DNA of 64,000 nt from Rozella allomycis CSF55 (lineage: Eukaryota), in contig KE560384.1 in NCBI GenBank assembly GCA_000442015.1, forward strand, positions 62,001 through 126,000. Reading direction: 5' to 3'. The notes beneath the pieces were generated by a model. It was not told where the DNA came from. It saw only the letters and a list, made by a program, of their open reading frames with translations, and did not search any database. Of this stretch, positions 49,959 to 62,674 are shown piece after piece; within the stretch, counting starts at the first letter, position 1; every line of letters starts with the position of its first letter. Position numbers and translations under genes: made by a program.

Positions 49959-52255
49959 ATGCGTTGGACTCTTTTGGAGCCTGTACATTTTAAAAAGGAA
50001 GAAATAACTGCCAGACATGGTCACTCTTGCATTTTTGCTAGTAAGAAGGGACGTGGAGAAGCGGTTGTTCCAGCAATGTATAGTTTCTTTGGCGCAGTTG
50101 AAAATGCCCTATTTAACGAAGTAGTATTGTATGATATCAGTAAACTAAATCTGATAAAAATATAGATAAAAATAATGCAGATATTATTTTGGAGATAGCT
50201 GAAGATGATAAAGTCGTGTTTCCTGTGTCTTGTTGTGCGATTTGCAAAGATGATAATGAGGTTATATATTTGTTTGGAGGTATTTCGTCTACAGAGGAAC
50301 GAGATGAGATTGTGCGTCAGGTATGAAATTGAAGGTTGCATGAATAGTTTGTGCAGTTTGATATTGAAACGAAGAGTTTTAAGAGTGTTGAATGGACAGG
50401 AGAATGCCCGCCACATCTTTTGGGTGCAAAGATGAATTTTGTTAAAGAAGAGAGAAAGATTTATTTGTTTGGAGGATATCGCGATGATTTCAAATTTTCG
50501 AATGATTTGTATTCTTTTGATTTGGAGACTAATAAATGGGAGCTGGTAGAATGCAATGGAATGAAGCCAAGAGAAAGAGAATCGCATTCTATGGAGTATT
50601 GGGAGTGTTCGAAGCCAATTACCCTTTTAAAGGACAATGAAGAAGAGGAAATTGAGAATGGGAAATTTTTGGTAGTTTTTGGCGGATTGACTGAAGGCCA
50701 TCGATTAAACGACGTTCAATTTTATAATCTAAGTAAGAAATAAATAATGAGAAAATAAAGATAATAAAACTTGGTATCAAGCAAGAACGCCCACTGCGAA
50801 TGAAGTTACGGGCAGAAGTCAACATTCTGCATTTATTTACAAGGATAAAATTTACATTTTATTTGGATGGGAATATTCCACAGAAGCTCAATCGATGCCG
50901 TTAAGAGAATTGAATGAAGAGAGAACTGTTGCTGAGAGCAAGAATGTGTATTCAAAACTGAAAACACATTCTAAATTTGCCAAATCTATTTTAATGTATG
51001 ATATATTTTCAAACGAATGGACGAAAAAGGAATTCCATGGTGGCATAGTTCCAACGCCCAGGGTTGGTCATGGGGCCGCCCAATTTGAAGATAAAATTTA
51101 TGTCTTTGGTGGAAGAGATGGACCAAAGAGACAACATTGTTTGTCTGATTTTTGGATGTTAGAGTTGGAAGCGACACAAGATGAGAAACCAAGACTTGAA
51201 TACATTGGCAAAAGAAAATGTGCTAGTGAAGCACCAATAGCTGTTTCGAATGATGCTAATGAAAATGAAGTTCCAGAAAAGAAAAAGAGAAAATCAACAG
51301 CGACAGCTCCAAGTACGCCTGCAAAGAAGAGGAGATCTGTGGTACCAACGATTGCTGTTGTTACTCCTCGACAAAAGGACAAGTTGAATGTGATTGATTA
51401 TGATGAAAACATTAGAATTGATTTTAATAAATGCTATGATCCAAATAATTTCCATAAATCATTAGATGAATTGACGATTGGACAACGAGTAGAAATTGTA
51501 AGAATTATTTTGTAAATTTCAAAAGTTTGATGAAGCGTCAGGAAAATTTTATTATGGAAGATTTATTTGTAGAAAAGAAGGCAAAACAAAGAAAACTTCT
51601 GGATTATTTCATTATGAAGGTTGGGCTCATACAATGGATGAATCTATTTCGTTGAATGACATTCCAAGAAGAGTTAGAAAGTTATCAGAGAGATATCAAG
51701 AATGGCTTCAAGAGAATTTGAATAAACAAAAAGAAGGAAATTTTCACGAAATTTTGGATGTCGCAGATTTTTCTGATAAAATTTTTGATGAACGGCCATA
51801 TTTTGGAAATAAAGTAAATTTTAAACTTTCAATTGAAACAATAGGGACCTGAACCTGAAGAAAATTATACTTTGGAATCTTTAGCGAAATCTAAACATTA
51901 CAAGAATCTTTTTCAAACTAAGAAAGAAGAAAGTAGTGAAGGAAGCGTTTTAAGCGACATCCCATCAATGAAAGAAGATGAAGTGAAAGATATTTCATTA
52001 TCAACAGTTGAAATCGAAGAAATTGAAGTAAGCGAAGCAAAAGAGAGCATTGAAAGCGCTCAAAGTGAACAAGAGGAAAATATTCAAATTATTGAGAGTG
52101 TTCAAGAGGAAACTATAAATGATATTTCTATTTCTGAACAACAATCAAACGAATCAAATAAAGAAAATCAAGAAATCGTAGAAATGAAGAATGAAGATGC
52201 TAATGATATTACAAATGATATTACAACAATAACAACTGCAATGGATGTTGAATAA
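49959..52255 (+). CDS. Kelch-repeat protein with NLS, Tudor-knot/chromo-barrel-like region and acidic tail, 6 exons
   Basis: Repeated IYLFGG/VVFGG/PRVGH kelch motifs; KKKRK; IGQRVEIFD...FHYEGW..TMDE. Confidence 0.8.
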
Positions 52256-52256
52256 A

Positions 52257-53009
52257 TTAATCTTTCATTTTATTTTTGTTCATTTTGTCCATCCATTCAT
52301 TATACAGAATTGCAAGTTCAGGTGAACCCCCAATTGCTTCCTTTGTCAATTGCAACTCTTCTAATCTTCTATTTATATCTTCAAAATCTTTCGTTATCTT
52401 CTTATGAAATGGTGACTCAATTTCAGTTGTTTCTACAGCCTTTGATTCCACCAGTATCCTCTGACTGTTCTTCAAACAGTGAATAGCCTCATTGTACAAT
52501 TGGACTTGCTGAAGAAGACTCCCGATATATTTCCATCCTTGATAACATGTTCTTCTTTCATCTAAATAGCCAGTTATATACATCAATGCATCTTATGATT
52601 AAACTCAATCTATATTTACTCTTGTAATCTTTAATCTTATGAAACGCTTGGAAAAGAAGTAACAAACTACCTGCATCTCTCGTCTTTAGTGAAATCTATA
52701 ATCAAACTCAATACACATTACAAGCTCATTCGCAACCAACTTTATATTCTCACACTCTTCAAGTTTCATAAAACACCTCAATCTTAAATCCACAATTTCC
52801 TTCTTCCCTTTTATATTCTCGCATTCCAAAAGGCATTTCCTATACTCTCCTCTATAATAATACTCATCTGCCCGGTATTTCGCCATCGGCAGTGTCTTGC
52901 AATACTCTTTATCATCAAAAGACGAATCCTTAAACCACTGCTACACATATTTATATATTCTTACATTTTCTGTACGGTAAAAGAATGAATACTCTGAATC
53001 TTGTGGCAT
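52257..53009 (-). CDS. TPR-like protein resembling the C8orf76 family, 4 exons
   Basis: WFKD...KYRADEYYYRGEYRKCL; TPR-like helices; only in-frame ATG of the first exon is at 53009. Confidence 0.6.
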
Positions 53010-54516
53010 GGGCGAAAAACTTTACTTGGTTCGTTTCGTACAACGACATGCTGAATTTCGATTAGCTGAATTTGAAGCTCTGTGCAAATTATTTGATATA
53101 AAATACAAGGCGCACACGGAATACACTGATCTTGTATAGTTATTTTTTGAAAATGATGTAGAGTCCGTTTTGGATTGTTTCTTTCAGATCTGAAGATGAT
53201 ATTAGAAAAATATTGTCGAGGTCTTTTTTGATAAAGTATATAGATATGGTTTGAACTAGTAGATGTGTGTTGGAGCATTATGCGTGCAGCGAACAATCGT
53301 TAGATCATTTGGCAGAATTAGTTAAAGATATACCGCAAGATGTTTTCGTAAGATTATTTGGTTCAATCGAGTCAGGAAGTTTATAGAAACGATACATTTA
53401 AATTTGTTATAGACACTTTTGCTACCTCAATGTCTGGCAAGGAAAAGATTGACACTATAGAAAAGTTTGCTTATCTGCCATTTGACGGGGACATTGACTT
53501 GAAAAATCCAAAGAATACTTTTCACGTGATAATCGATAACAGACACACAATAGAAAAGGAACCAAGAGCGTTCTATTTTGGAAGATGGATTGGAGATGGA
53601 AATAGAGAGTTTATCGATATCTATAATGTCAAAAAGAGAAAATACATTGGCACTACAACAATGGACGCTGAGCTGTCGCTGATAATGTCAAATATGGCAC
53701 TAGTCAAGAAGGGGTCTCTGGTTTACGATCCATTTGTTGGCACTGGTAATTTATAATAATTGATATTGTGGGCAGCTTTCTAGTTACTTCATCTTGCTTT
53801 GGGTCTTATTCATTCGGTTCAGATATTGATGGGCGGCAGATTAGAGGCAAAGATGGAAGTATGTTTAATGATTCACATTTAATAGAAAAATCTTTGAAAT
53901 CTAATATAGCACAGTACAAGCTACAAAATAGAATTCTGGGTACAGTTGTTTGTGATATTACTCAACATCCATTTAGGCCCGATGGTTTCCGTTTCGATGC
54001 AATTATCACTGATCGTAAGTATTATTTTTTCTATTCAAAAGCTCCTTACGGTGTTAGAGCAGGCGCGAAAAAGATTATGATGAAGGAGGGCGGTTTCTTC
54101 AAAAATACTGAAGAGTAAAAATGAAATATTTTCTATTAAATAGCGGTAAAAGTTTTTATCCTGCAACCATTCCTTACGAACTGCCAGATGTTATTTACGA
54201 TTTACTAAATTTTTCTTCAGTATATCTTGAAATTGGTGGCAGGCTGGTGTACTGGTTACCAGTAATTGATGATGAAGAGTAAATTTATTGCAATGGGTGT
54301 AATAGGGAAAATGATTTAAAAGAGCCTCCTAATCATCCATGTTTTGACATGATCTCAAAATGCCCTCAAATATTCGGCGGCTGGCGAAGGATTCTTGTTA
54401 CAATGGAGAAAAAGTGCGATCCTGAATCTATAGACTTTAATATCAAAAAAGATCATTTGGTGGAACCTTTTAGAAATCGGTTTTTCACGAAAATGAAATT
54501 AAACAGCGAAGCATAA
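53008..54516 (+). CDS. TRM11: tRNA m2G10 methyltransferase Trm11, 9 exons
   Basis: YLVRF...HAEFRLAE, KRKYIGTTTMDAELS, DPFVGTGS, GSDID, DAIITDPPYGVRAG, GGRLVYWLP. Confidence 0.96.
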
Positions 54517-54527
54517 TATAAATAAAT

Positions 54528-54580
54528 TGATTAAATTAAATGATTAAGTTAAGTGATTAAAGTAAATGATTAAATTGAAT
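54528..54580. repeat. 13-bp AT-rich tandem repeat (tgattaa(a/g)ttaa(a/g), about 4 units) between convergent genes
   Basis: tgattaaattaaa tgattaagttaag tgattaaagtaaa tgattaaattgaa. Confidence 0.7.
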
Positions 54581-54620
54581 TATTGAATGAAATTTATGAC
54601 TCGCGATAAAAACAATATGT

Positions 54621-55727
54621 TCAAAAGTCTGGCACTGTATTGATGAATTGTGGCGATTTTAATCTAAAATACACCATTGTTAACAAACCTAGGAGAATAA
54701 CACCACCGACAAACGAATAGATAATTTTTGGCATTAAGTTTGACACATCCTCGCGATGAGCCAGTTCTTTCATGTCTAAATATGTTCTCTTCATAAATTC
54801 TGGATAATTTTCGTTGACTTCATACTCATAAATGCTGCTTTTGAGATCGTCAGGAGTTATATCATATAAAAGAGAATTTACATAGTTCTGGAACGTTGTT
54901 GCAAAACTTAATGAGGCGAATAGAGTATTCACAGTTAACTGGTTTTGAAAATAGTAATTTACGTATTCAATTACTGAAGAAAGTACTTCTTTTTCTATCT
55001 TTCCAGCCGATTCTTCAACGGACAATTTAAGCATAAGAACAAATGTACTTTCGACTATATCGCACACTGATGAAATGAAGGGACTTTCGGGTACTTCTGA
55101 ATATGCTGGAGGTTTTATTAAAGCATTCTTAAGAATCTTATGCTCGTATACAGCTTTTAAAAGATGAACAAATGGTAATTCTTTAGTGTTGCGTAAAATA
55201 TCAAAAACTGAATTGTATTCATAATCTTTCGCGTGTCTTTTCACCATAATTGGTATGAGCTTCGAGTTATCTGTCATCATAGAAGCAAGCAGCATAATAT
55301 CATCATTGCTAATTTTTTCTTTTTTGGACAAAGTTCCACTGGGTACTTTATACGACCCGTTATCTTTCAATCCCAATAAATTTAGATGATTTCGAGAATT
55401 TTCATTAGGTGCAATCGCAAACAAAAAGTCGACAAAAAGATTCTTATTTGCCTCACTCAGCGAACTCTTCAGTATCACTTTCAAAGTCGAAGCAGACGAA
55501 ATAAACTTAAATACGTGCTCTTCAATTTCATAATTCTTGGTTAGTTCATTAAATGCTTTATGAAACGCAAAATCAGATAATCTTGAAATCAAGTTGTCGT
55601 TTAAATATTCGATGTTCAGATTATCTATCCTTGACATAAGATTTACACCGAGTTCATTATATCGTGCTGTATCACATAAATACAACGAAAAAAACCAAAA
55701 GAAAAGTAGTGCACTTGAAAATTTCAT
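54621..55727 (-). CDS. Type I membrane protein of unknown function; intronless
   Basis: Signal peptide MKFSSALLFFWFFSLYLC from ATG 55727; C-terminal TM IIYSFVGGVILLGLLTMVYF. Confidence 0.75.
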   Translation of the reverse strand: MKFSSALLFFWFFSLYLCDTARYNELGVNLMSRIDNLNIEYLNDNLISRLSDFAFHKAFNELTKNYEIEEHVFKFISSASTLKVILKSSLSEANKNLFVDFLFAIAPNENSRNHLNLLGLKDNGSYKVPSGTLSKKEKISNDDIMLLASMMTDNSKLIPIMVKRHAKDYEYNSVFDILRNTKELPFVHLLKAVYEHKILKNALIKPPAYSEVPESPFISSVCDIVESTFVLMLKLSVEESAGKIEKEVLSSVIEYVNYYFQNQLTVNTLFASLSFATTFQNYVNSLLYDITPDDLKSSIYEYEVNENYPEFMKRTYLDMKELAHREDVSNLMPKIIYSFVGGVILLGLLTMVYFRLKSPQFINTVPDF

Positions 55728-56020
55728 CAGTGGCTCCAATGGTGGCTGTGTATAGCTATATTTAAAATGTCGCGTTTTTGATGTATTAATAGTATTCTTC
55801 ATAACAAACTTATTAAAGTATTTTCTGCAATTACCTTGGTATATTTCACAGCCTTTATTTGCACCTTCTGAATTGAGACTTGCCTTGGCATTTCCTGCTT
55901 CATTGTACCAAATATAAGTACGAATATTGAAATATTTCAAATATTTTCTTCCTTTCCTTTACATTTTCATTTGTTGCAAGTTTCTTTCCTGTGTTTTTTT
56001 ACGAAAAATCAAATTTTGTG

Positions 56021-56691
56021 ATGTCAAGAAATACAGCATTAAAAAGGCTCATGACAGAGTACAAAGGTAAATAGCTTCAAAATTCATATATTTTAAAGAA
56101 CTTACATTACACGCTCCTGATGGAATAACTGCCGGTAATAAGCATATCATCTGGTGATAGGGCCCGTTTCTGAAAATAACTTTTTTGTGTGGGAAGCTTT
56201 AATAGCGTACCTTTTGATTGAAATATAAAGTAGAGGACCTGAAGATACACCATTCGAAGGGGGTGTTTTTGTTGCAAAACTTACATTTCCAACTGATTAC
56301 CCGTTATCTCCTCCAGAAATGAGATTTACGAGTGAAATATTCCACCCCAATATCTATTCGGATGGAAGAGTGTGCATTAGTATCCTGCACGCACCAGGGG
56401 ATGATCCTAATCAATATGAAAGTAGTTGTGAAAGGTGGAGGTAAAAAAAATAGTGCGATTTATTACTAGTCCTGTACAATGTGTTGAGAAAATACTTCTT
56501 TCTGTTGTATCGATGCTCGCAGGTAAGTAATGAATTATATTTGTGATAGAACCAAACGTAGAGAGTGGAGCGAACATAGATGCTTGCGTAATAATTTATT
56601 GTCGTCTTTAATGAAGAAAATTTATAGAAACGATATAAATGAATATAATAGAATAGTTAGGGAATGTGTGAAGAAAAGTCTCGGCTTATAG
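56021..56691 (+). CDS. UBC7: Ubiquitin-conjugating enzyme Ubc7/UBE2G2, 7 exons (absent from the ORF track)
   Basis: Spliced [54 protein letters not shown]...ERWSPVQ. Confidence 0.95.
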
Positions 56692-56736
56692 TCAATTCAA
56701 AATTGCATCATAAAGAATATGTAAATTTTAATTTTA

Positions 56737-59702
56737 TTATTTCTGTACTTCGTAGCCAGCATAGCCATGGGGATTTGCTTCTCTTATGATACGAAGAAAA
56801 ACATCTTCCAATGTTGAATGAGAAATACCCCACGCTTTAATTAGTCCTAATCAATACTATCAATCTTCTTATACCGTCTGGATTGGTTTCAAGATAATCT
56901 ACAAATTTGGGAATATATGGAACTTCATTCGGTGAGATGTTGTAAATTAATGATCCTGCTGTTTCATCTTCTAATTTGGCTTCTCTCATCCTTGCAGATA
57001 CCTGATCTTTAACTTTATTTGAGTTTTTAGGGGAAATAACTAGAGAAATTCGGTACCCTGAACCAAACCTTGCCTTGAGATTTATAGATGACCCTAAAGC
57101 CCGGATACGACCATGAGCCATGATCGCAATTTTATCACCCAAAACATCGGCTTCTTCCATTGAATGTGTAGTTAAAATTACAGCCCTGTCTTTTTTAAAC
57201 TCTTCAATGAATGTCCAAACATGTCGTCTATTTAATGGATCCATTCCAGTTGTGGGTTCATCCTACAGAATTGTTAATTATCATTAAATACCATGTAAAC
57301 AACGTGAGGATCACCTAGCGTACTTAATATCAAAGATAATCGTCGTTTCATTCCTCCGCTGAAAGTTTTAACATGAGCGTTCACAACCTATTAAAATATT
57401 TACTACAAAAATACTTTATCCAGTTTGACCATGCTTATCCTTTCTTTCATCGTTTTTCTAACTTTGCTCAAAGAAAGGTTCTTTATTCCCGCGTAAAGCT
57501 CAACATGTTCCCAGGGTGTTAAATCTTCAAACAAAATATCAAACTTGGTTATCAAATTTGTTTGAATGATTACTTGAGGACAAACTCCCATAATTTCACG
57601 TATTTTATGCATTTCAAATCTAACACTAAAGCCAAAAATAAATGCATCCCCGTCTGTTAGTCGAACCGCCCCTGCAAGAATGTTTTGGAGAGTGCTCTCT
57701 TAATATCAATCAGTAAGATTTACTTTGCCAGCTCCATTTTGTCCCAAAAGAGCCAATAATTTCCCATTTTCAAGAGTTAAACAAACATGATTCACAGCTA
57801 GTTTGGATTTAACCGATGAAAATATTCCAGATGAATAAACTTTCTTCAAATTTGTTATTCTTATTGCAAATAGCTTTCTCAAGTCAAATGCCTCGTCTCG
57901 TTCTTTTTCAACGTCAACATCCTCGTTGTATGGCTATATTTTGGCTTTAACGATTATACTATTTTTATTTTTTGACTATTTTTTAATTGTCTCATTGCTC
58001 TGGAATGGGTGAATGCATGAAATCCATAATAAGCTGGGTTCAAGAAAAACAGCGGACCTTTTCTATTTCCGATCGCATCAGGGAAAACTCTATCAAAATA
58101 TCTATCAAAATTCTGTCATGAAATTACAATGCGAGAATAAAATAAATGCCTGACAATACAAATAGACATACAAGTGACTCTATTGTTGGAGGAATGTATG
58201 GTGAGTCTCCATAATTCGGGATATAAACTTCAGGCAAAGGAATAAAAAGATCTTTCATCCTGAATCCAGGTCCAGCTACTATCATTTCACTAATTGAGTA
58301 TTTGAACAATCTATTACGTCACTGGATCTAACGGTCCCTGAGCCAATTGTTTTATATCTGTAGTTATTTTTCCAAAGTGAAAAAATGGAATGGCGTAGAA
58401 AAGGTACTTAATGATACTTGGAGTTATTTTTGACCACCATAGGTATGCCAAGTATGTTTCAGAGAATATTATGGACGTGAAAATCAACCCCACAATGAAA
58501 ACTCCAATCCCACAAAGCAAAGCTGTTTTAATTTTTAAGCAGAAAGTAGTTATCAAATAGCCCAAATTTATCATGGCTAAATTGAATGCAAAGAGTGTAA
58601 CAAAAATAACCTATCTTATACGCAGAAATATAGTACTATAAAATCTGTATTTCTGATTAAATCAAATTTAAAAATGTATCCCAATGCAATAGTGACTAGT
58701 CCGTTAATCGCCGCCAAGGTTGAATGGAAAAGCAGCCAACTCAGCCAGTAAGAAATGGACTATATCTATTATAACGTAAACCGCTACCTTCAGTCCCATC
58801 ATGTCCATACTAACTCTTGTCTTTCTATCTTTATCAAGCATGACATGGTTTATCAAAGCCATAAAAATAAACATAGATGCACTGTATGTAAACGATAGGA
58901 TAAATCTGGAAACAACTTGATCGGAATAACCCAAAGAGGGAATAACCGGCCAATCACGAACGGTCACATCGATATTCAATGGGTTGGAATTACCATCTCC
59001 ACTAGTTAGGACAGTAATGATTGCCTCATCTATTCCTCTGATCAAGGAGTGAAGAGATGATCCAAAAGAATCAATTGCATGTCCATCCGAACTCTTTTGG
59101 CGGACTAGTGTAGAGTTATACCAAATTAAATATTGAAAATTGGAACTATCTTGACTAAACGTAATTCCGAATTGGGTAATGTTCGGATTCACTAGAACGT
59201 ATTGGTAAAGAAATTGTTCATTTGGTACAGCCACAGCNNNNNNNNNNNNNNNNNNNNNNNNNNNNNNNNTCTATGAAAATTATGTATTTAATCTACTTGT
59301 CAATGGCGATGAATACAGCGATGTCGGGTTACCGCCAATACTCTGAAGTCTTGCGTTGTTCTTGGTTATGAAGGTTTGTATTATGTTGTCGTTTATTGAA
59401 GATTTTGGTGTGTACATTATGTCAATGCAGTTCCCCTTTTTCATAATCATTTAGGTTTTTACTGGACAGCTAATCAATGGGCTCAAAGAGCTCGAAGGCG
59501 GATTGTAATTGTATGTTTTAATCGCGTTACTTTCAATTGATTGTAATGACCAAAGAATGATGTATATTAGTGTGGGAGCTATAACCAATTGTACAATAGT
59601 GGCTTTCCAATGCCTCATCTAATATAAATTTGAATAAATATGTACAGCCAATATTATATTCTTTTTGAATAATACATATGTTTGCAAAAAATAGAGAAAC
59701 AT
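56737..59702 (-). CDS. Half-size ABCA-family transporter (one TMD + one NBD), about 14 exons, gap at 59238-59269
   Basis: QTYVLFKKN...RHWKAT; MMGLK..SYWLSW; LLGQNGAGKS; MGVCPQFDIL; FSGGMKRRLS; DEPTTGMDP; ILTTHSMEEAD; start may extend to about 59809. Confidence 0.92.
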
Positions 59703-59893
59703 TGTATGTTTGGACTAATGAAATTTTGGATTTCGCTATTTGCAAGTTTCTTTCTCAGCGCAATAATATGTATCAGGTTCATTGAATTGAATTCGGCTTT
59801 GCCATACATGTTTTCTTGCTCAATAATTGACAATGAAGATTTTCGACTTCAAAAATAAATNAATGAAGATTTTCGACATCAAAAATAAATTTC

Positions 59894-62603
59894 ATGGATT
59901 TGTTGAGACTCGATTTTCAAAAGGAAATAGCTATAGATATATCAGATAATGATGCACTTTTTGTATTAGCCAAGGGAATAGGTCACGATTCAATAATATC
60001 AACGTTGTTAAAAGCGTTTGCGTCACCACAGGTCCTTGTGTTCCTTGTACACGCATCATCTGAACAGGAACAATCATTTATTTCTATTTTTAAAGCGCAG
60101 GGATGGGATTTAAATAATTTCAAATGTGTTAATTCTGACCTTACTTCCAAGGCAAGGTAAAGATCATTAGCCTTAATCAAAGATCTCAAATGTATGAAAA
60201 GGGTGGTGTTTTTAGTATAACATCGAGAATTCTAGTCATGGATTTGTTGAAAGAGCATATTCCCATTGAAAAAACCACAGGGATGTTGATATTGAATGCA
60301 CATACAATTACTGATGAAACATTAGAAGCATTCGCTATGAGGTTATATCGGCAAAAGAATAAGAATGGATTTATTAAAGCGGTTACTGAAAAAGCGGAAG
60401 GATTGACTATTGGATTTGCAAGGTTGGAAAAAACTCTGAAATGTTTGTATTTAACAGATGTAAAGTTTTATCCACGATATGAAGTTCGAATCGCTCAGCA
60501 GTTGGAAGAAAAAGAGACAGAATTGATAGAAATAAATATTGGAATGACTGATAAGATGAAAGACATTCAATTGGCTTTGATAGAAGTTATGGATAAATGT
60601 ATAAAAGAATTAGCCAAGATGCACAAAGAACTAAATATTGAAGAAATGAATGTAGAAAATGGATATTTTAAACATTTTGATGCAATAATTAAACGACAAC
60701 TGGATCCAATATGGCACACAGTTGGTTTGCGTTCCAAACAATTAATGTCAGATTTGGTCGATTTAAGGAATTTAATACAGTAATATTAAAATAATTTCAT
60801 TTAAATAGCTATTTGAATAGTACAGACTGCGTAACATTTTACTCGTATTTGGAAACGATTCTAACGAGCCAAAAAATGAATGAAATGGGAACGAGTTGGG
60901 TTTATTTTGATGCTGCAAATGTTGTGTTTGAGCTTGCCAAAGAAAGAATAGTAGAAAAGAGCCAAGGAAAGCTTAAGCTGACTTTAGAGAAGAATCCTAA
61001 ATGGGATGTTTTGAATCAAGTTTTAGATGAAATTAAACAAGAAACTGCAAATTTAGATCAACAAAGAATATTGATTTTAACTCAAGATTCCAAACATTGT
61101 AGACAGCTGAAGAAATTACTTGTTGATGGGCCGAATAAACTTTTGCGTGAAGTGATACAAGAAAATGAGAATCTTAAAAGCCAATTGAGGCCCATTCTGG
61201 ATGTTGGGTTGATTAAAGAACCTTTGGAAAAGAAACGGAAGCGAGAACTTCGAATGCCTGAAATGAACAATGTTGATTTGGTGTAAATTTACATTTAAAT
61301 TATTTTTAGTAAATTGCTGGTTGAGGAGCCAATTGATTATGAAAGTTCTGTTCAAACTGAAGACAAGGAGTTTAAAATCATTGATGAGCCGATTATAAGA
61401 ATTCAAACATTTTCAGATATAAAGTTTGGCTCAATATTGAATGAATTTATGCCTGATTTTATTATTCTAATGGAACCCCATTTAGAAACAATTCGATTCA
61501 TTGAAGTAAATAGCTGAAATCAAAGTCATTAGACTTTCAATGCTACATTCAAAGAACATTCTTTAAGAATTTATTTATTTTCTTATGAATATTCTGCAGA
61601 AGAGCAAAAATATCTTACATCAGTTAGACGTGAGAAAGATGCATTTCAACGTTTAATTAGAGAAAAATCTGTACATATTTAACTCTTTATATTCATAGGT
61701 TATGGCTGTCGGTAAAGAACAAGATGGAAAAGTTCAGCTCATTGATGACGATGACTTGACAAATGTTAACACTAGAATAGCTGGCGGAAAAGTTGAATTT
61801 GAAGCACATAAAGTAAAATTTCATTGTTTGTTAAAAACTTGATAATTATTGATTCGAGAGAATTTCGAAGCTCTCTTCCTTCAATCCTGCACAAGAAGAA
61901 CATTGACATTGAGCCGGTCACTATCGAAGTTGGAGATTATATTCTCACACCCAAAATATGTGTAGAAAGAAAATCTATTCCTGATTTAATATCATCATTG
62001 AATACTGGACGGCTGTATACCCAAGTGGAAGCGATGTGTAGATATTATGATCATCCTATAGTCCTAATTGAATTCGATCACCAAAAAGCATTTTCTTTAC
62101 AAGTAGTTTAATTTTTATCTATAATTATTAGTCACAAGAGTTTTATTCCTCTGAAATCAATTCTACTAGCGTATCGTCTAAACTCGCCTTGCTAATACTT
62201 CATTTCCCAAAATTAAGACTGATTTGGTCTTCAGGAGTTTACGAAACTGTTGAAATCTTTATGGATCTCAAAAAAGGTCAAGAACAGCCAGATTTAAATA
62301 AAGTTTTACTCACAGGTGGAGATTCTTCAATAGAAAATGATGAATCGACTAACTTTCTCTTCAAAGTATAAAATCATGAATCAAATTGATAGGATATTTT
62401 GCTAACTACGCCAGGTGTTACNGGATATTTTGCTAACTATGCCAGGTGTTACCATTTACAATGTTAGGACAATTTTGCAATCAGTCAAGAATTTGAAAGA
62501 TTTGTCTAACAAAGATTTGAAGTCTTTAAAAGCCTTAATAGGGGATGGCCCTGGAGAAAAGTTACATTCATTTATACATAAAAACTGGACAAACAAGAAT
62601 TAA
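59894..62603 (+). CDS. RAD1: XPF/Rad1/Rad16 structure-specific endonuclease, 9 exons
   Basis: [47 protein letters not shown]...[10 protein letters not shown]-terminal HhH. Confidence 0.95.
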
Positions 62604-62674
62604 GTATTAAAGAATAAAAGATTTCTTCATTATTTAAAAGTGTTCCCTTCATATTTGTTTTTCTTAACAACCTC

